From: Macrostomum lignano | Taxonomy: Eukaryota | NCBI GenBank assembly: GCA_002269645.1 | Contig: NIVC01002005.1 | Coordinates: 62,001-126,000 of the forward strand | DNA: 64,000 nucleotides | Direction of reading: 5' to 3' | Part shown: one piece after another, positions 40,473 through 53,362 of the stretch | How the letters are laid out: every line of letters starts with the position of its first letter | Position numbering within the stretch: position 1 is the first letter of the stretch | The notes under the pieces: model-generated | What the model saw: only the letters and a program-made list of their open reading frames with translations | Told to the model about the DNA's origin: nothing | Database searches by the model: none | Position numbers and translations under genes: made by a program

Positions 40473-41017
40473 TGTCTGCAGTGCCATAGGATTAGCGAAA
40501 CTTGTCTAATTTATCCCAATTAATAGACAATTAAAAATACTGAAAATTTGGCATTGCAGTTTTTCAGATCTGAAAGCACTAAGCATATCTCTTGCTGTAA
40601 GTCTTCTCTGATTGGCTATAAGGATCTGCCTCCCTCTTCCCCCAGCAAGGGTTGGTCAGATCAAGGACCGATTCACCATAAAGGCTGGCGTACAGGGAAT
40701 TCCAGTTAGTCATTGACAGTTACATTCGCCTAGCAACTAGAAATTGTACTGCTTTTATCCAAGAATCTATTTTTTCGAAATTTAAAACTTTTCGTTGCTG
40801 TAGTAATGATAGCGGCATCAGTTAACGTCATCATAAATCTTGTACCTGAACATTAGCCTGAACAGACCAGCCCTAATCTTTCCTAAAACACCTGTGTTGG
40901 GACAATCTGTGGACAGCGTGATGCACGAGAGACGATCAAAGAGTCGAAAACACTTGCTGCTTTTCCGGTTCTGTCGGATCGTTGGTGAGTCGCGTCTACT
41001 CAAACTGAATTATGCTG

Positions 41018-41640
41018 CGATCCTCAAGCTGGGATCTCTAACTTCTCTGATCCTCAAACTGGGATCCCTAACTTCTCTGATCCTCAAGCTGGGATCCCTA
41101 ACTTCTCTGATCCTCAAGCTGGGATCTCTAACTTCTCTGATCCTCAAACTGGGATCCCTAACTTCTCTGATCCTCAAACTGGGATCCCTAACTTCTCTGA
41201 TCCTCAAACTGGGATCCCTAACTTCTCTGATCCTCAAACTGGGATCCCTAACTTCTCTGATCCTCAAGCTGGGATCTCTAACTTCTCTGATCCTCAAACT
41301 GGGATCCCTAACTTCTCTGATCCTCAAACTGGGATCCCTAACTTCTCTGATCCTCAAACTGGGATCCCTAACTTCTCTGATCCTCAAGCTGGGATCCCTA
41401 ACTTCTCTGATCCTCAAGCTGGGATCTCTAACTTCTCTGATCCTCAAACTGGGATCCCTAACTTCTCTGATCCTCAAACTGGGATCCCTAACTTCTCTGA
41501 TCCTCAAACTGGGATCCCTAACTTCTCTGATCCTCAAGCTGGGATCCCCAACTTCTCTGATCCTCAAACTAGGATTCCCAACTTCTCTGATCCTCAAGCT
41601 GGGATCCCTAACTTCTCTGATCCCTAACTAGGATCCCTAA
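41018..41640 (+). repeat. 30-bp minisatellite (ACTTCTCTGATCCTCAAACTGGGATCCCTA), copy 2, highly homogeneous
   Basis: Exact 30-bp period over ~20 units. Confidence 0.96.
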
Positions 41641-42295
41641 CCCTGATCTCTGAACCGGACTAGGCCGGCTACCAGCAGCTCTTAATCCCATCAACCTGCC
41701 GACTGAACAGGCAGACAAAAAATCCCCATCAGATCCCTTCAGTATCAGGCCAGCCGGCACAGTGTGCTGTCATGGTAAATCCCTTTGCAAATAATTGAAG
41801 CTGCTAGGCTCACTCCGGTCGAATTCCAACCAAACAGCCTGACTGGCCGTGGACTTTGACAAACGGCACGACTTGGTGCATGTAGCTTCTGTATCATGAG
41901 CATCTCCCGCCTGTATCTCTATCTGCCTCTGCGCTAAGCCACCCACAGCCACCCCAATCCCCCAATCCCACATCTAATGGCATTATAGCGCATTCCGTTG
42001 CAGACGTTCCACCCTTCATTTCTCTCTTCCTCGCCGCCCCCCCACCCCCGGTGTCGCTCAAAAGCCGCAACTCGGGCGGCTCACAGACGGAGGCATGCGA
42101 CGCCCCTCCCCCGACCTCATTTGCATCAAGTTGCAAGACTGCCGCGTCCCTAAGAGCGACGCATGGCGGCCTGCGGGCCTGCGAAGTCTTCTCAGCTGGG
42201 ATTGGGAGAGAGCTGGCGTTGTGTGCGTTTTGAGCAGCTGCATCCAATAGCTAGTGATGCTCAGTGAGAATGTGGGGATGGCGGCTGTACCACCG

Positions 42296-42812
42296 CCAGC
42301 CTCCCCCAGATCCTCAGTTGCTGGGCCAGCCTCCCAGATCCTCAGTTGCTGGGCCAGCCTCCCAGATCCTCAGTTGCTGGGCCAGCCTCTCAGATCCTCA
42401 GTTGTTGGACCACATCCTCCCAGATCCTCAGTTGCTGGGCCAGCCTCCCAGATCCTCAGTTGTTGGACCAGCCTCCCAGATCCCCAGTTGCTGGGCCAGC
42501 CTCCCAGATCCTCAGTTGCTGGGCCAGCCTCTTAGATCCTCAGTTGCTGGGCCAGCCTCCCTCCCAGATCCCCAGTTTCTGGGCCAGCCTCCCAGATCCT
42601 CAGTTGCTGGGCCAGCCTCCCAGATCCTCAGTTGTTGGACCACATCCTCCCAGATCCTCAGTTGCTGGGCCAGCCTCCCAGATCCTCAGTTGTTGGACCA
42701 GCCTCCCAGATCCCCAGTTGCTGGGCCAGCCTCCCAGATCCCCAGTTGCTGGGCCAGCCTCCCAGATCCTCAGTTGCTGGGCCAGCCTCTCATGATCCCC
42801 AGTTTCTGGGCC
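42296..42812 (+). repeat. 28-bp minisatellite, copy 2 (same family as 25903-26330)
   Basis: Identical unit GCCAGCCTCCCAGATCCTCAGTTGCTGG. Confidence 0.95.
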
Positions 42813-43131
42813 ACCGCAACCATTAAAATAACATCTTTCAACAGCATAAAAAAATAATAAAGGACCTCATTTTTCCCACATCTAGTTTAGCTCTCCAACT
42901 GTGACCTGACAGGCACTTAAAAGTCATAATTCAGTTTATATAATAAGAAATTTCGAATTCCGTATTTTGTAATTGCTTTAATAATGACTGACTGGCGTTC
43001 AAGTTTCACCAGATGTACTTTAAGCCTTACTGCAAGAACCACCCAGTATGTACTTATGTTGCTGGCATCACCATTCAACTTTCCACGGAAGTTTAGGACC
43101 GTTTTTTTCACACCTGCTGCAGCTTCGGTCT

Positions 43132-46100
43132 ATGATGGAGAATGGATGCTGGGCTAATCTAGTAAGCGCGCCATCATGCGCAAATATAAGTTATAAACTG
43201 AAGCAAACCAGAACCTGATCCGCTGTGCCAAGGAACACATCTGAACACAGCATCTGGGTTGGGAGGGTATGTTAAATTCTGTAAAACAATCATGGTGTTA
43301 TTTTAAATTTAAAAATTCCAAAAGCTTGGAACTAAGCTTGAAAATTTCCGAGTTTAAGAAGGCTGCCTTTCTACAAGTAGTTCGAAAAAGTATTAGTTTC
43401 CAATCCAGACATCAAATTTTAGAGCTCCTTGGCTTCCTCTTTAATTTCTTTCCTCCTTCATCCTCCCTGTAAGCCCCTGTCTGCAGGCGATGGCATTGAA
43501 GTCTGGAAAGAGGCCTAGTGGGGATATTGGAAGGGGATTTTATGTAGCTATTGCTGCAGATCCCCTTCGCTTGGAAAAAATCTCCCCTCCTAGGCGGATA
43601 GATCCCAGTGCAAATGGTTCTAGACCTTAATTTCTCCTTGTTGCATTTTGCTTCGATTTGTTTGCGTTTTCAAATCCGTGGTGAATTGTGATTTGTGAAG
43701 GACAGCAATGCTTAGCCAAATTTAATTGGGAATTTGATTTTAAACAGGATGGGACAGACAGGATGGGACAGACAGGATGGGACAGACAGGATGGGACAGA
43801 CAGGATGGGACAGACAGGATGGGACAGACAGGATGGGACAGACAGGATGGGACAGACAGGATGGTGGGACAGACAGGATGGGGAACAGACAAGATGGGGA
43901 ACAGACAAGATGGGGAACAGACAAGATGGGGACCCAGACAAGTTGTAGATAGACACGATGGGAGACAGACAGGATGGGAGAACAGACAGGGTGGGAGAAC
44001 AGACAGGATGGGACAGACAGGATGGTGACAGACAGGATGGTGACAGACAGGATGGGACAGACAAGTTGGAGACAGACAGGATGGGAGAACAGACAGGGTG
44101 GGAGAACAGACAGGATGGGACAGACAGGATGGTGACAGACAGGATGGTGACAGAAAGGATGGGAGAACAGACAGGATGGGACAGACAAGTTGGAGACAGA
44201 CAGGATGGGACACACAGGATGGTGACAGACAGGATGGGACAGACAGGGTGGTGACAGACAGGATGGGACAGACAGGATTGTGACAGACAAGTTGTTGACA
44301 TACAGGTAACTCCCCTGCCACCCGCAGCCACGGTCCTCTGCTTTGCCATGTTCACCATCGCGGTCGCAGCATCGGAAGCGACAGACGATGCCGGAGGACG
44401 GATAGGCACCTGGACAAGACCCCTGGTCATGAACATGTCCGAGAAGAACCTCATCAAAGCTCTGCTGAGCGAATACGACAAGAAAAGTCGTCCAGTGATC
44501 GATGACGATCCGGCCGATGGCGGGACACCGAAAATCGATCGGCCCAAGGAGAAAGGCAAAAATGCTCCCACGATCCCGATTCAACAAGTGACTGTTGAGT
44601 TCGGGCTCCGGTTGGTGCAGATCTTAGACCTGGACGAGATGGAGCAAGTGCTCACAACTAGCATGATTGTGCTTTATGTGAGTGCACTGGCGGGGCCTGG
44701 GGATCTGGTCCAGGGGAATTGAATATAGATCAGCTAGAGATCGAAGATAGATTTGCTATAGATCGGATATAGATCGGCTATAGATCGGATATAGATCAGC
44801 TATAGATCGGTTATAGATCAGCTATAGATCGGATATAGATCATCTATAGATCGGAGATAGAATAGCTATAGATCGGTTATAGATCAGCTATAGATCGGAT
44901 ATAGATCGGCTATAGATCGGCTATAGATCGGATATAGATCGGCTATAGATCGGCTATAGATCGGCTATAGATCGGCTATAGATCGGCTCTCATAAACTAT
45001 AGATCTGATATAGATCATCTATAGATCGGATATAGATCAGCTATAGATCAGATATAGATCGGCTATAGATCGAAGATAGATCAGCTATGGATTGGAGATA
45101 GATCAGCTAGATGGGAGATAGATCAGCAAGAGATCAGAGAGAGATCAGATTGAGATTAATATAGAGAGTTCATATTTAAATTTGGCCAATCATTTTTACG
45201 AAACACGATAGAACTGATAGAGTTTCTAGGAAACCTATTTTACTACTCAAGCTAAAAAAACTGCCAATATCAAGCGGAAAGAGATTTAGTGAAAGAAAAA
45301 ATTCAGAGAACGAAATCCCCCCCCCAGAATCTTGGTGCAGGATTAGGTGTCTTCAAATCTGAACGGATATTGGGAAATCTGATAGCTTAGTACAGAATCT
45401 AGAGACTAAATTTGAGAATGAAGCCTGGACTCCCCTGAACCATACCGAGAGCGGAAGGATGAGCGCGGCAGTTGATGAAGAGACAGTTGATGAAGCTGCT
45501 CTCATGTGTCTGGATGAAAAGTTTCCTAGACTGATTCAATAATGCATGACTTCCAGCAGGTACCGGAGGCAACACCGAACTGACACATCTGGCAGTGGGT
45601 GTGTCTGTTTGGCTGCGTCTGTATGATTTCCTGGAGAAAGGAAAAGAAAGATTGAGAAGTAGGTTTGAGAGATTGAGAAGCAGGTTTGAAAGATTGAGAA
45701 GTAGGTTTGGGAGATTGAGAAGTAGGTTTGAGAGATTGAGAAGTAGGTTTGGGAGATTGGGAAGTAGGTTTGAAAGATTGAGAAGTAGTAGGATTTTGAG
45801 ATTGGGAAGTAGGTTTGAAAGATTGAGGAGTAGGTTTGGTAGATTGAGAAGTAGGTTTGGGAGATTGAGAAGTAGGTTTGGGAGATTGGGAAGTAGGTTT
45901 GAAAGATTGAGAAGTAGGTTTGGGAGATTGAGAAGTAGGTTTGGGAGATTGAGAAGTAGGTTTGGGAGATTGGGAAGTAGGTTTGAAAGATTGAGAATTA
46001 GGTTTGGGGGATTGAGAAGTAGGTTTGGGAGATTGAGAAGTAGGTTTGGGAGATTGAGAGGTTTAGAGATTGAGAAATAAGTTCGGGAGATTGTGAAGTA

Positions 46101-49100
46101 GGCTTTAAAGATTGAGAAGTATTTTTGGGAGATTGAGAAGTAGGTTTGGGAGGCTGAGAAGTAGGTTTGGGAGGCTAAGAAGTAGGTTTGGGAGATTGAG
46201 AAGTAGGTTTGAGAGATTAAGAAGTAGGTTTGAGAGATTGAGAAGTAGGTAGGATAGATAATGAGAAGTAGAGGGAGAGAAATAAGGAAGTAAATTCAGA
46301 GGCAGCGGGACTGGCACTCTTTGCCAGAAAAGCTCAAAGTCCATCTAGCAGGCAGCCATCAGTATGCATCAAAAATGTCTGCCGTAATGATCCCGGGATA
46401 AACTGTCAGAATGATTTATTGCCACCAAAATCTTCAATCCGAATGGGAGGCAGATTCGTGATAAATTTATGATACAGTGCCGCATTGCCGCATCATCGGC
46501 CTCGCGGTGTATCTGACAGCTGCTCCATCAGATCTCGTCACTTGAGCTGGTCTGCACCAGGCGGCAAGTGCCTTTTTGCCGTTTTCAGCTTTGGAAAATC
46601 AATGAAAATTCAAAATTCGTGGTCTAACTGCTTTTAGTAGCAGAGTTTTAAAGTTGAGCAGTTTAGGAATCGGGGATGCTCCCCTGTGCTCTGAAATTTT
46701 ATATGTACTTTAATATCCACAGAGTTCAAACATAAATATCCATGGAGATCAAATATAAATATCCATATGGATATCCTATAAATTTCCACATAGATCGCAT
46801 ATAAATGTCCACATGGATCACATATAAATGTCCACATGGATCACATATAAATGTCCACATGAATCACATATAAATGTCCACATGGATCACATATAAATGT
46901 CCACATAGATCGCATATAAATGTCCACATGGATCACATATAAATGTCCACATAGATCGCATATAAATGTCCACATGGATCACATATAAATGTCCACATGA
47001 ATCACATATAAATGTCCACATGGATCACATATAAATGTCCACATAGATCGCATATAAATGTCGACACGGATTAGCTATAAATGTCCACATGGATCACATA
47101 TAAATGTCCACATGGATCACATATAAATGTCCACATGGATCACATATAAATGTCCACATGGATCACATATAAATGTCTACATGGATCACATATAAATGTC
47201 CACATGGATCACATATAAATGTCCACATAGATCGCATATAAATGTCCACATGGATCACATATAAATTTCCACATGGATCACATATAAATGTCCACATGGA
47301 TCGCATATAAATGTCCACATAGATCACATATAAATGTCCACATGGATCACATATAAATGTTCACATGGATCACATATAAATGTCCACATGGATCACATAT
47401 AAATGTCCACATGGATCACATATAAATGTCCACATGGATCACATATAAATGTCCACATGGATCACATATAAATGTTCACATGGATCACATATAAATGTTC
47501 ACATGGATCACATATAAATGTCCACATGGATCACATATAAATGTCCACATGGATCACATATAAATGTTCACATGGATCACATATAAATGTCCACAGGAAT
47601 CGCCTATAAATATCCACATGGATCACATATAAATGTCCACATGGATCACATATAAATGTCCACAGGAATCGCCTATAAATATCCACAAGTGCGCCAATAA
47701 AGCATTCAGAGAGCTCCAAACTTTATCACCAGGGCCTCCAAAGCGTGGATCAAATGAACCAAAAAAATTCGAGGCGCTTCCTAAAGTTCTTGGATTATTC
47801 GAATTATTTACGAAGATCCTCTTTTAAAGTTTTCGCCGTCACCTTTAACCTTCTACAAAACAGGAGTGGACGGATTATCACCTGCGTTGGGATCCGAAGA
47901 ACGAGAGTGGAATCGAGGTCCTGCACATACCTACTAAGGACATCTGGCTGCCTGACATCGCGCTTTACAATTAGTAAGCCGAATATATTGTCTGTCTTTT
48001 CAACTATATTTTTCTTCTAGAAAAGAATTGCGTACTTCACTGAACTTCACTGAGCTGAAAAACTGACACCTCTTCAGCCATTTAGCTGGGAAATGAGATG
48101 GAGAGGGAGATTCCCTATGCGCTATCCATTCCACGCATGCCAGCTCGCTGTTTGACCCAACTGGAGATTTGCAGACATTTTACAATCCCCAAATCGTTGC
48201 GTGCGGTCTGGGATTTTCGCCCCCATATCCGGGGCTGTAGTTCTAACTGAGATAAAAGATACGATATCTATGCCGTCAGGCTTAAATAATTGATAACAGA
48301 TGCAACTCACTGACTCAGTGGCTTATACCGATGTTAATTCTCTATTCATAAAATAGCAGCGCATGTGTGCGCGTGTGTGCCGATGCTTTTTGATCGAAGA
48401 GTAATGTAATATATATATGGAACTTCATACAGGGACTAACAGGGCTTTGGAATCGGGGTTAGACTAGCACAGCGGTAACGCGTCCGATTCTCGAGTGGAA
48501 GTCCGCAGGTTCGATTCCGCGCGCGGACTCATTTATCCTATAGACTCATTTTTGAACCTTAGGCTTTGGCTCAGGAGGTTAAGTCCTCCAATAATACTCA
48601 AATTGTACACCGCCAGACTATGAAAAACTCAATCTTCCGTTGCATGCCGATATGACGATATGTAACGTAGAACACTTTACAGTGCGACAAATACACATGT
48701 AAATCAACGATCTCTAATTTCTAGCGCCGATGAGCGTCTTGAAGAACGCCGAGAGGTGGCAGCAAAAGTGCATAGCAATGGCACAGTCGAATGGCACCCA
48801 ATGGCCATCTACAAGAGCGCCTGCGAAATTCGAATCGAATATTTCCCGTTCGATGTGCAGACCTGCGATCTGAAATTCGGGCCCTGGACTTACGACGGGT
48901 GAGATGGGAAAGAAAAATAGAATAGGGAATATTTCTGGATTGGGAGGAGAAAAGTCTATAGTGGCAGATTAGAGTGGGGATAAGAATGATCCAACGTGAT
49001 CCCCACAGGTGGCGAGTAAACATCACTTACTACCATCGGACAATGAAAAGTGCATTCGACCTAGACGAGATGATACCCAGTCCCGAGTGGAAGATCCTGA

Positions 49101-52100
49101 ACTATTCGGCAGTGTACAACTCGGTGGTTTATCCCTGCTGTCCGGAGCCGTTCGTGGACATCACGTTCCGAATCTATATGAAACGTTCGACTTTGTTTTA
49201 CTCCTTCATTTTGATTCTGCCCTGCTTTTTGCTGTCCTCGTTGACCCTCGTGCTGTTCTGGCTGCCTCCGGAGACGCCAGCTAAAATGGTGCTAGGTAAG
49301 TGTTTTGATTTACGTCGTATTTCATCTTTCGCTTGCTATACATGGATTACTCGATCAGTGACACTTTAAAAGGATATAAGTGTGTATAGTTACTTTTTTG
49401 TTGAATAAAAAATGCTACAGTAAACTTATGATTACTATAGCAGCTTGTACTCTGTACAAGTAGCATTTCTGCTCTAAATGTACTATTAAAAAAATTTTAA
49501 ACATAGACCTTTCATCCTATTTTAATGACCATTTAACGTTACTTTCAATGTACTCTTAAAACCCTATTGTAATGAGCTTTTATCATTTTTAAGCTTTATC
49601 TTTAAACTTAAAATTGTAGACCATCGTTTATCCTATCATTTTACGAATGATTTTTATACTCAGAATTTTGAGCACATTGTTTACAAATAATTACAAGTCT
49701 TGGTGTGAAATCCGATCCCAGGAATGAACATTTTCGTTGCATTCTTCCTGCTCATGCTTCTGCTGGAGAAGCAAACCCCGGCGGCTTCGGATTCGTTTCC
49801 TAGAATTGGTAAGCCGTTTTTTATCGTCCTTTTTTCTAAGAATTAAAATAGTATCTTCACAGAAAAATTCACTCAGTCACCGTAAACTGTTCTGCAGGCC
49901 AATACTACTGCCTCAACATGGGCATCATCACCCTGTCAACATTTCTGTGCGTCATCATTGTTAATTTTCATTTCCGCGGCGACAACCGGCAGGAGGTACC
50001 GTTCTGGTTAAAAAAGGTGATAATTATTCCTAATTAAGCATTCATGAAAATTTGTTATATTGAAATCGTATTCTTTCTAACAAATTATCAAACTCGACTT
50101 AACATTTTTGTTAAGTTTTAATGAACTAAAACAGATTAATTCAATTGCTGACAAAAAACAAAATAATTTCTTCCTATCCTACTAATTTTGTTTTATTTAA
50201 CGACAACCAAAAACTTTGTTTCTAAGAAATAAAAAATGGCTTCCATTTAAAAATCTTGATAAGTAAACATAAATGAAGTAGTTGTGGTTGTCTCGGGGTG
50301 GCCTGGTAGGTCTTTGACTCCCACCGCTGCCACCAGTGAAGTACTTATGGTTGTCTCGGGGTTTCTCCTGCTGTCCAGCGCAGTGACTTGGGCTCTCCGT
50401 CTTCTCACTCGGAAGCCTTCTTAACTCTTAGTAGCGTAGGTAGTGCTGCCACCAGTTCCTTCAGGTCTCGGCCTTCGATGAGGTGAGCTTCTTGTCGGAA
50501 CGAAATAACGAAGTCAACAAACTCAGCACCAGGTGCAGATTTGCAGTTCAACGTGCAAGGCGTCTCGTCAGCAGCACCTGCCGGGCTTGGTTGGTATGGG
50601 AGGGCTGAGTTAGCCTCTCGTAGGCTTGAGGTTTGCTTTAGTAGGGTCTCAGTCAGACCAGCACAAGCAGATTTAGTGTACTCAAAAAGGGGACTTAGTT
50701 TAGTCAATAACGCACGCGGGCTCTTAGAAGTTTAGAGGCAAGCAAGGACTCCGGCAAAGACTCCTTAGCGGAAACAAGGAGGAGAGGGGTCCTATTTATA
50801 GCCAGGATTCTCCCGCGCACAAGACCTCGTGACTTGTTCTATTTTTAGAACTGACGTCACTTGAGGTCTCCGGCCAGAGTACACGCGGCTGTGACTCAGT
50901 TGCTATTTTTAGCAACATGAGTCACTCTCTCCTTAGAGAAGGGAGGGGTCCGAAAGCACGTGATTCTCCCGGTAAACAGGGCCAACGAGTGCAGTAAACA
51001 TGTTTACTGCACTTTAAGACTCCAAGAACGCAAGGAAAACGGAAAACGGGACAGGAACGAAACAGAGACAGCCTGCAGCAGAGAAGCTGAGGGCTGAGAA
51101 CAGAGACGCAGAAGGGCAGAACAGGCCAAGGGCAGCAACATACGGCCAGGGGGCGGGAAGCTGACCAGCGGCAGACAGCAACCCAGGGCGGGGGCGAGGG
51201 GACTGCTGACAAAGGGGGACGCCAAACACTAAACTAGCGGCTCACTACATAAATAAACTTCAGTAAAATTTCATCCACTTTATTAGAGAGCCACTGCTTA
51301 TTCCCAATATTTTAAACATTTTCCATTCCCTGGGGAATTGTATAAAGTCCAAGGGCATAATGGTTGTGAAAGCACACCAGCAAGTCAAAATCCGACCCTC
51401 CTTCATCCTTTCAGCTGGCCATCCATCACGGAGCCCGAGTTTTGTGCGTGAACCTCGCCAAGCCGGGCCCGCCCCAGCAGCAGCAGCAGCAACAGAAACA
51501 GAAACACCAAAAGTCCGAAAGCAGCCGCAGGAAGCAACAAAGACTGGATGAAGACTATCCTATGCAAGCACCTGCTGCGGGACTTCGCTCGCCGAGTTCC
51601 ACCAACCAGCAGCAGGCGAACAACGCGGGCAGTCCGACCACCTCACTGGCCTCAACCAGGCGGGGGGGCTGTCCGCTGTTGACTCAGCCGCTCCACTTTC
51701 AAACCTTCAACTCGCAAGATGCGCATCATTGCCATCAGCAGCAGCATCAAGAAGCTTCGGGACCTTCAATCAGCGGCTTCAGTGGCATGGGCGGCGGCGG
51801 CGGCTACGCAGAGGTTGATGAAATGATGCTGCAGTGCCTTCCGAGGTGACAACTGATCGCACTTATGATCGTTTTGATCGCAATCAAAGCTTAAAATCTT
51901 CGAAGTATCAATAAAGTCTCATCCAGTCTCACCCGATTCTCATCCAAATCTCATCAGAATCTTACTCAGTCTCACCCAAAAAATCACCAAGTCTCACCCG
52001 AATCTCACACAGTCTCACCCAAATCCTACCGCAGTCCCACCCGAATCTCACCGAGTCTCACCCGAAAATCATTTAGTCTCACCCGAATCTCACCTAGTCT

Positions 52101-52828
52101 CACTCGAATCTCACTCGAATCTCACCTAGTCTCACCCGAATCTCACTCGAATCTCACCTAGTCTCACCCGAATATCATTTAGTCTCACCCAAATCTCACC
52201 CAGTCTCACCCGAATCTCACCCAGTCTCACCCGAATCTCACCCAGTCTCACCCGAATCTCACCCAGTCTCACCCGAATATCATTTAGTCTCACCCGAATC
52301 TCACCCAGTCTCACCCAAATCTCACTCAAATCTCACCTAATATTTTCTTAAGTCTCGTTTAATTTCGCGTCAAGTTTTAATTGACTATCAATCTCATTCA
52401 TTTCAATCGCAGTTTTTGTTTAATAAACCTTCATCAGGCAGCTGCTTCGGCAGCAGCAGCAACACCAGCAGCTTCTTCGGCAACAGCAGCAGCAATACAG
52501 GCAGCAGCATCGCCATTCTCGCGGCAGCAGCAGTGCAGACCTCTTTCCTGTCGCTGTACTTGACGCCATAACCAGACGCCGAATCAACTTACTGACAAAG
52601 GATGTGCAGGACATTGTCAAGGCGTTGCGGTACATCCAGCGGCTCCATGACAACCGCGAGAGGGTGAACAAGATTGTGCAGGAATGGCGCAATGTTGGTC
52701 TGGTGCTGGACCGGCTGTTCTTCCTGATCTACTTCGTCATCATTGCTGTTTCTTCTGTTGGCTTTTTCAGCTCGGAAGATTACGTTGACACCACTATATT
52801 GCCTAACACAAATAACTCTGCGACTTAA
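43132..52828 (+). CDS. Cys-loop ligand-gated ion channel, nicotinic ACh receptor alpha-type subunit with predicted anion selectivity, ~666 aa
   Basis: Exons 43132-43161 (tentative), 44306-44677, 47864-47973, 48725-48898, 49009-49295, 49722-49808, 49898-50016, 51415-51845, 52438-52828; all junctions GT-AG and in frame (2001 nt). Motifs [10 protein letters not shown], Cys loop [23 protein letters not shown], loop [10 protein letters not shown]1 [11 protein letters not shown]2 [16 protein letters not shown]4 [11 protein letters not shown]. Confidence 0.93.
43745..44300 (+). repeat. ~14-bp minisatellite (GGGACAGACAGGAT), receptor intron 1
   Basis: Direct inspection. Confidence 0.93.
44722..45150 (+). 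repeat. 11-bp minisatellite (CTATAGATCGG)
   Basis: Period 11 around 44941-44990. Confidence 0.92.
45645..46250 (+). repeat. 21-bp minisatellite (GAGATTGAGAAGTAGGTTTGG)
   Basis: 7-aa periodic spurious ORF RLRSRFG. Confidence 0.93.
46785..47690 (+). repeat. 23-bp minisatellite (CACATATAAATGTCCACATGGAT)
   Basis: Period 23 (47101 to 47124). Confidence 0.95.
48455..48545 (+). mobile_element. tRNA-derived SINE head or tRNA pseudogene
   Basis: Pol III A box TAGCACAGCGG (48465-48475) and B box GGTTCGATTCC (48508-48518) at tRNA-like spacing; the T-stem and acceptor stem do not pair, so not a functional tRNA. Confidence 0.6.
50274..51249 (-). mobile_element. Probable solo LTR (976 bp) in a receptor intron
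   Basis: Termini TGAAGT...ACTACA (TG...CA, imperfect inverted ends), 4-bp flanking duplication TAAA (50270-50273 and 51250-51253), minus-strand TATA box CTATAAATAGG near 50790, GC-rich against AT-rich flanks. Confidence 0.6.
51915..52340 (+). repeat. 21-bp minisatellite (GAATCTCACCCAGTCTCACCC)
   Basis: Fills most of the last receptor intron. Confidence 0.92.
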
Positions 52829-53362
52829 ACAGACTGATCGTGACAGATTTTTAATTTTGAAGTTGCTCTCAGATGGACAACTGCTTAGTCATGCGATTTT
52901 TTTGACAATTTTTACGTTATAGAGTGATTGGAAATTTTGACTAATTTAAAGCTCTGCAACTCGAAACATATTTGACTCACTTTTCGTCTTCTGCTACCTC
53001 TCCTCTCTCCTCTCTTCCCTCCTCTTTCCTCTCCTCTCTCCAATCTCACAAGTTTTTAACTTTAACTTTTAATTTTAACTTTCTCCAAATCTCTCGATTT
53101 AGGAATCAATTTAGTCTTTTTAATAGTTAGCTTCCTTTGCTTATATCAACATTGAATTAGTATTTGTCTCGGTAAATATTAAACGAAATTTCATATTTAG
53201 TTCTTTTTTATTACAATTACTAGTCACAGATAAATTGCGTAAATTTTTAGAAATATTTATACTGTTTGACTCTCATGCAATTTTACAAAAAACTATAGCA
53301 TGTAGTTATATTTTGATTTCACCTGCTCCCAATTTCAACGGAGTGCGCGCATCTCTGTAAAT

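Noticed and set aside
40840-41631. 263-aa (SLILKLGSLT)n ORF and similar periodic ORFs at 14947-15756, 21028-21855, 39939-40523, 45595-46080, 55357-56451
   Set aside because: Products of minisatellites or low-complexity DNA with no splice or domain support.
48458-48530. Functional tRNA gene
   Set aside because: A and B boxes are present but acceptor and T stems do not base-pair.
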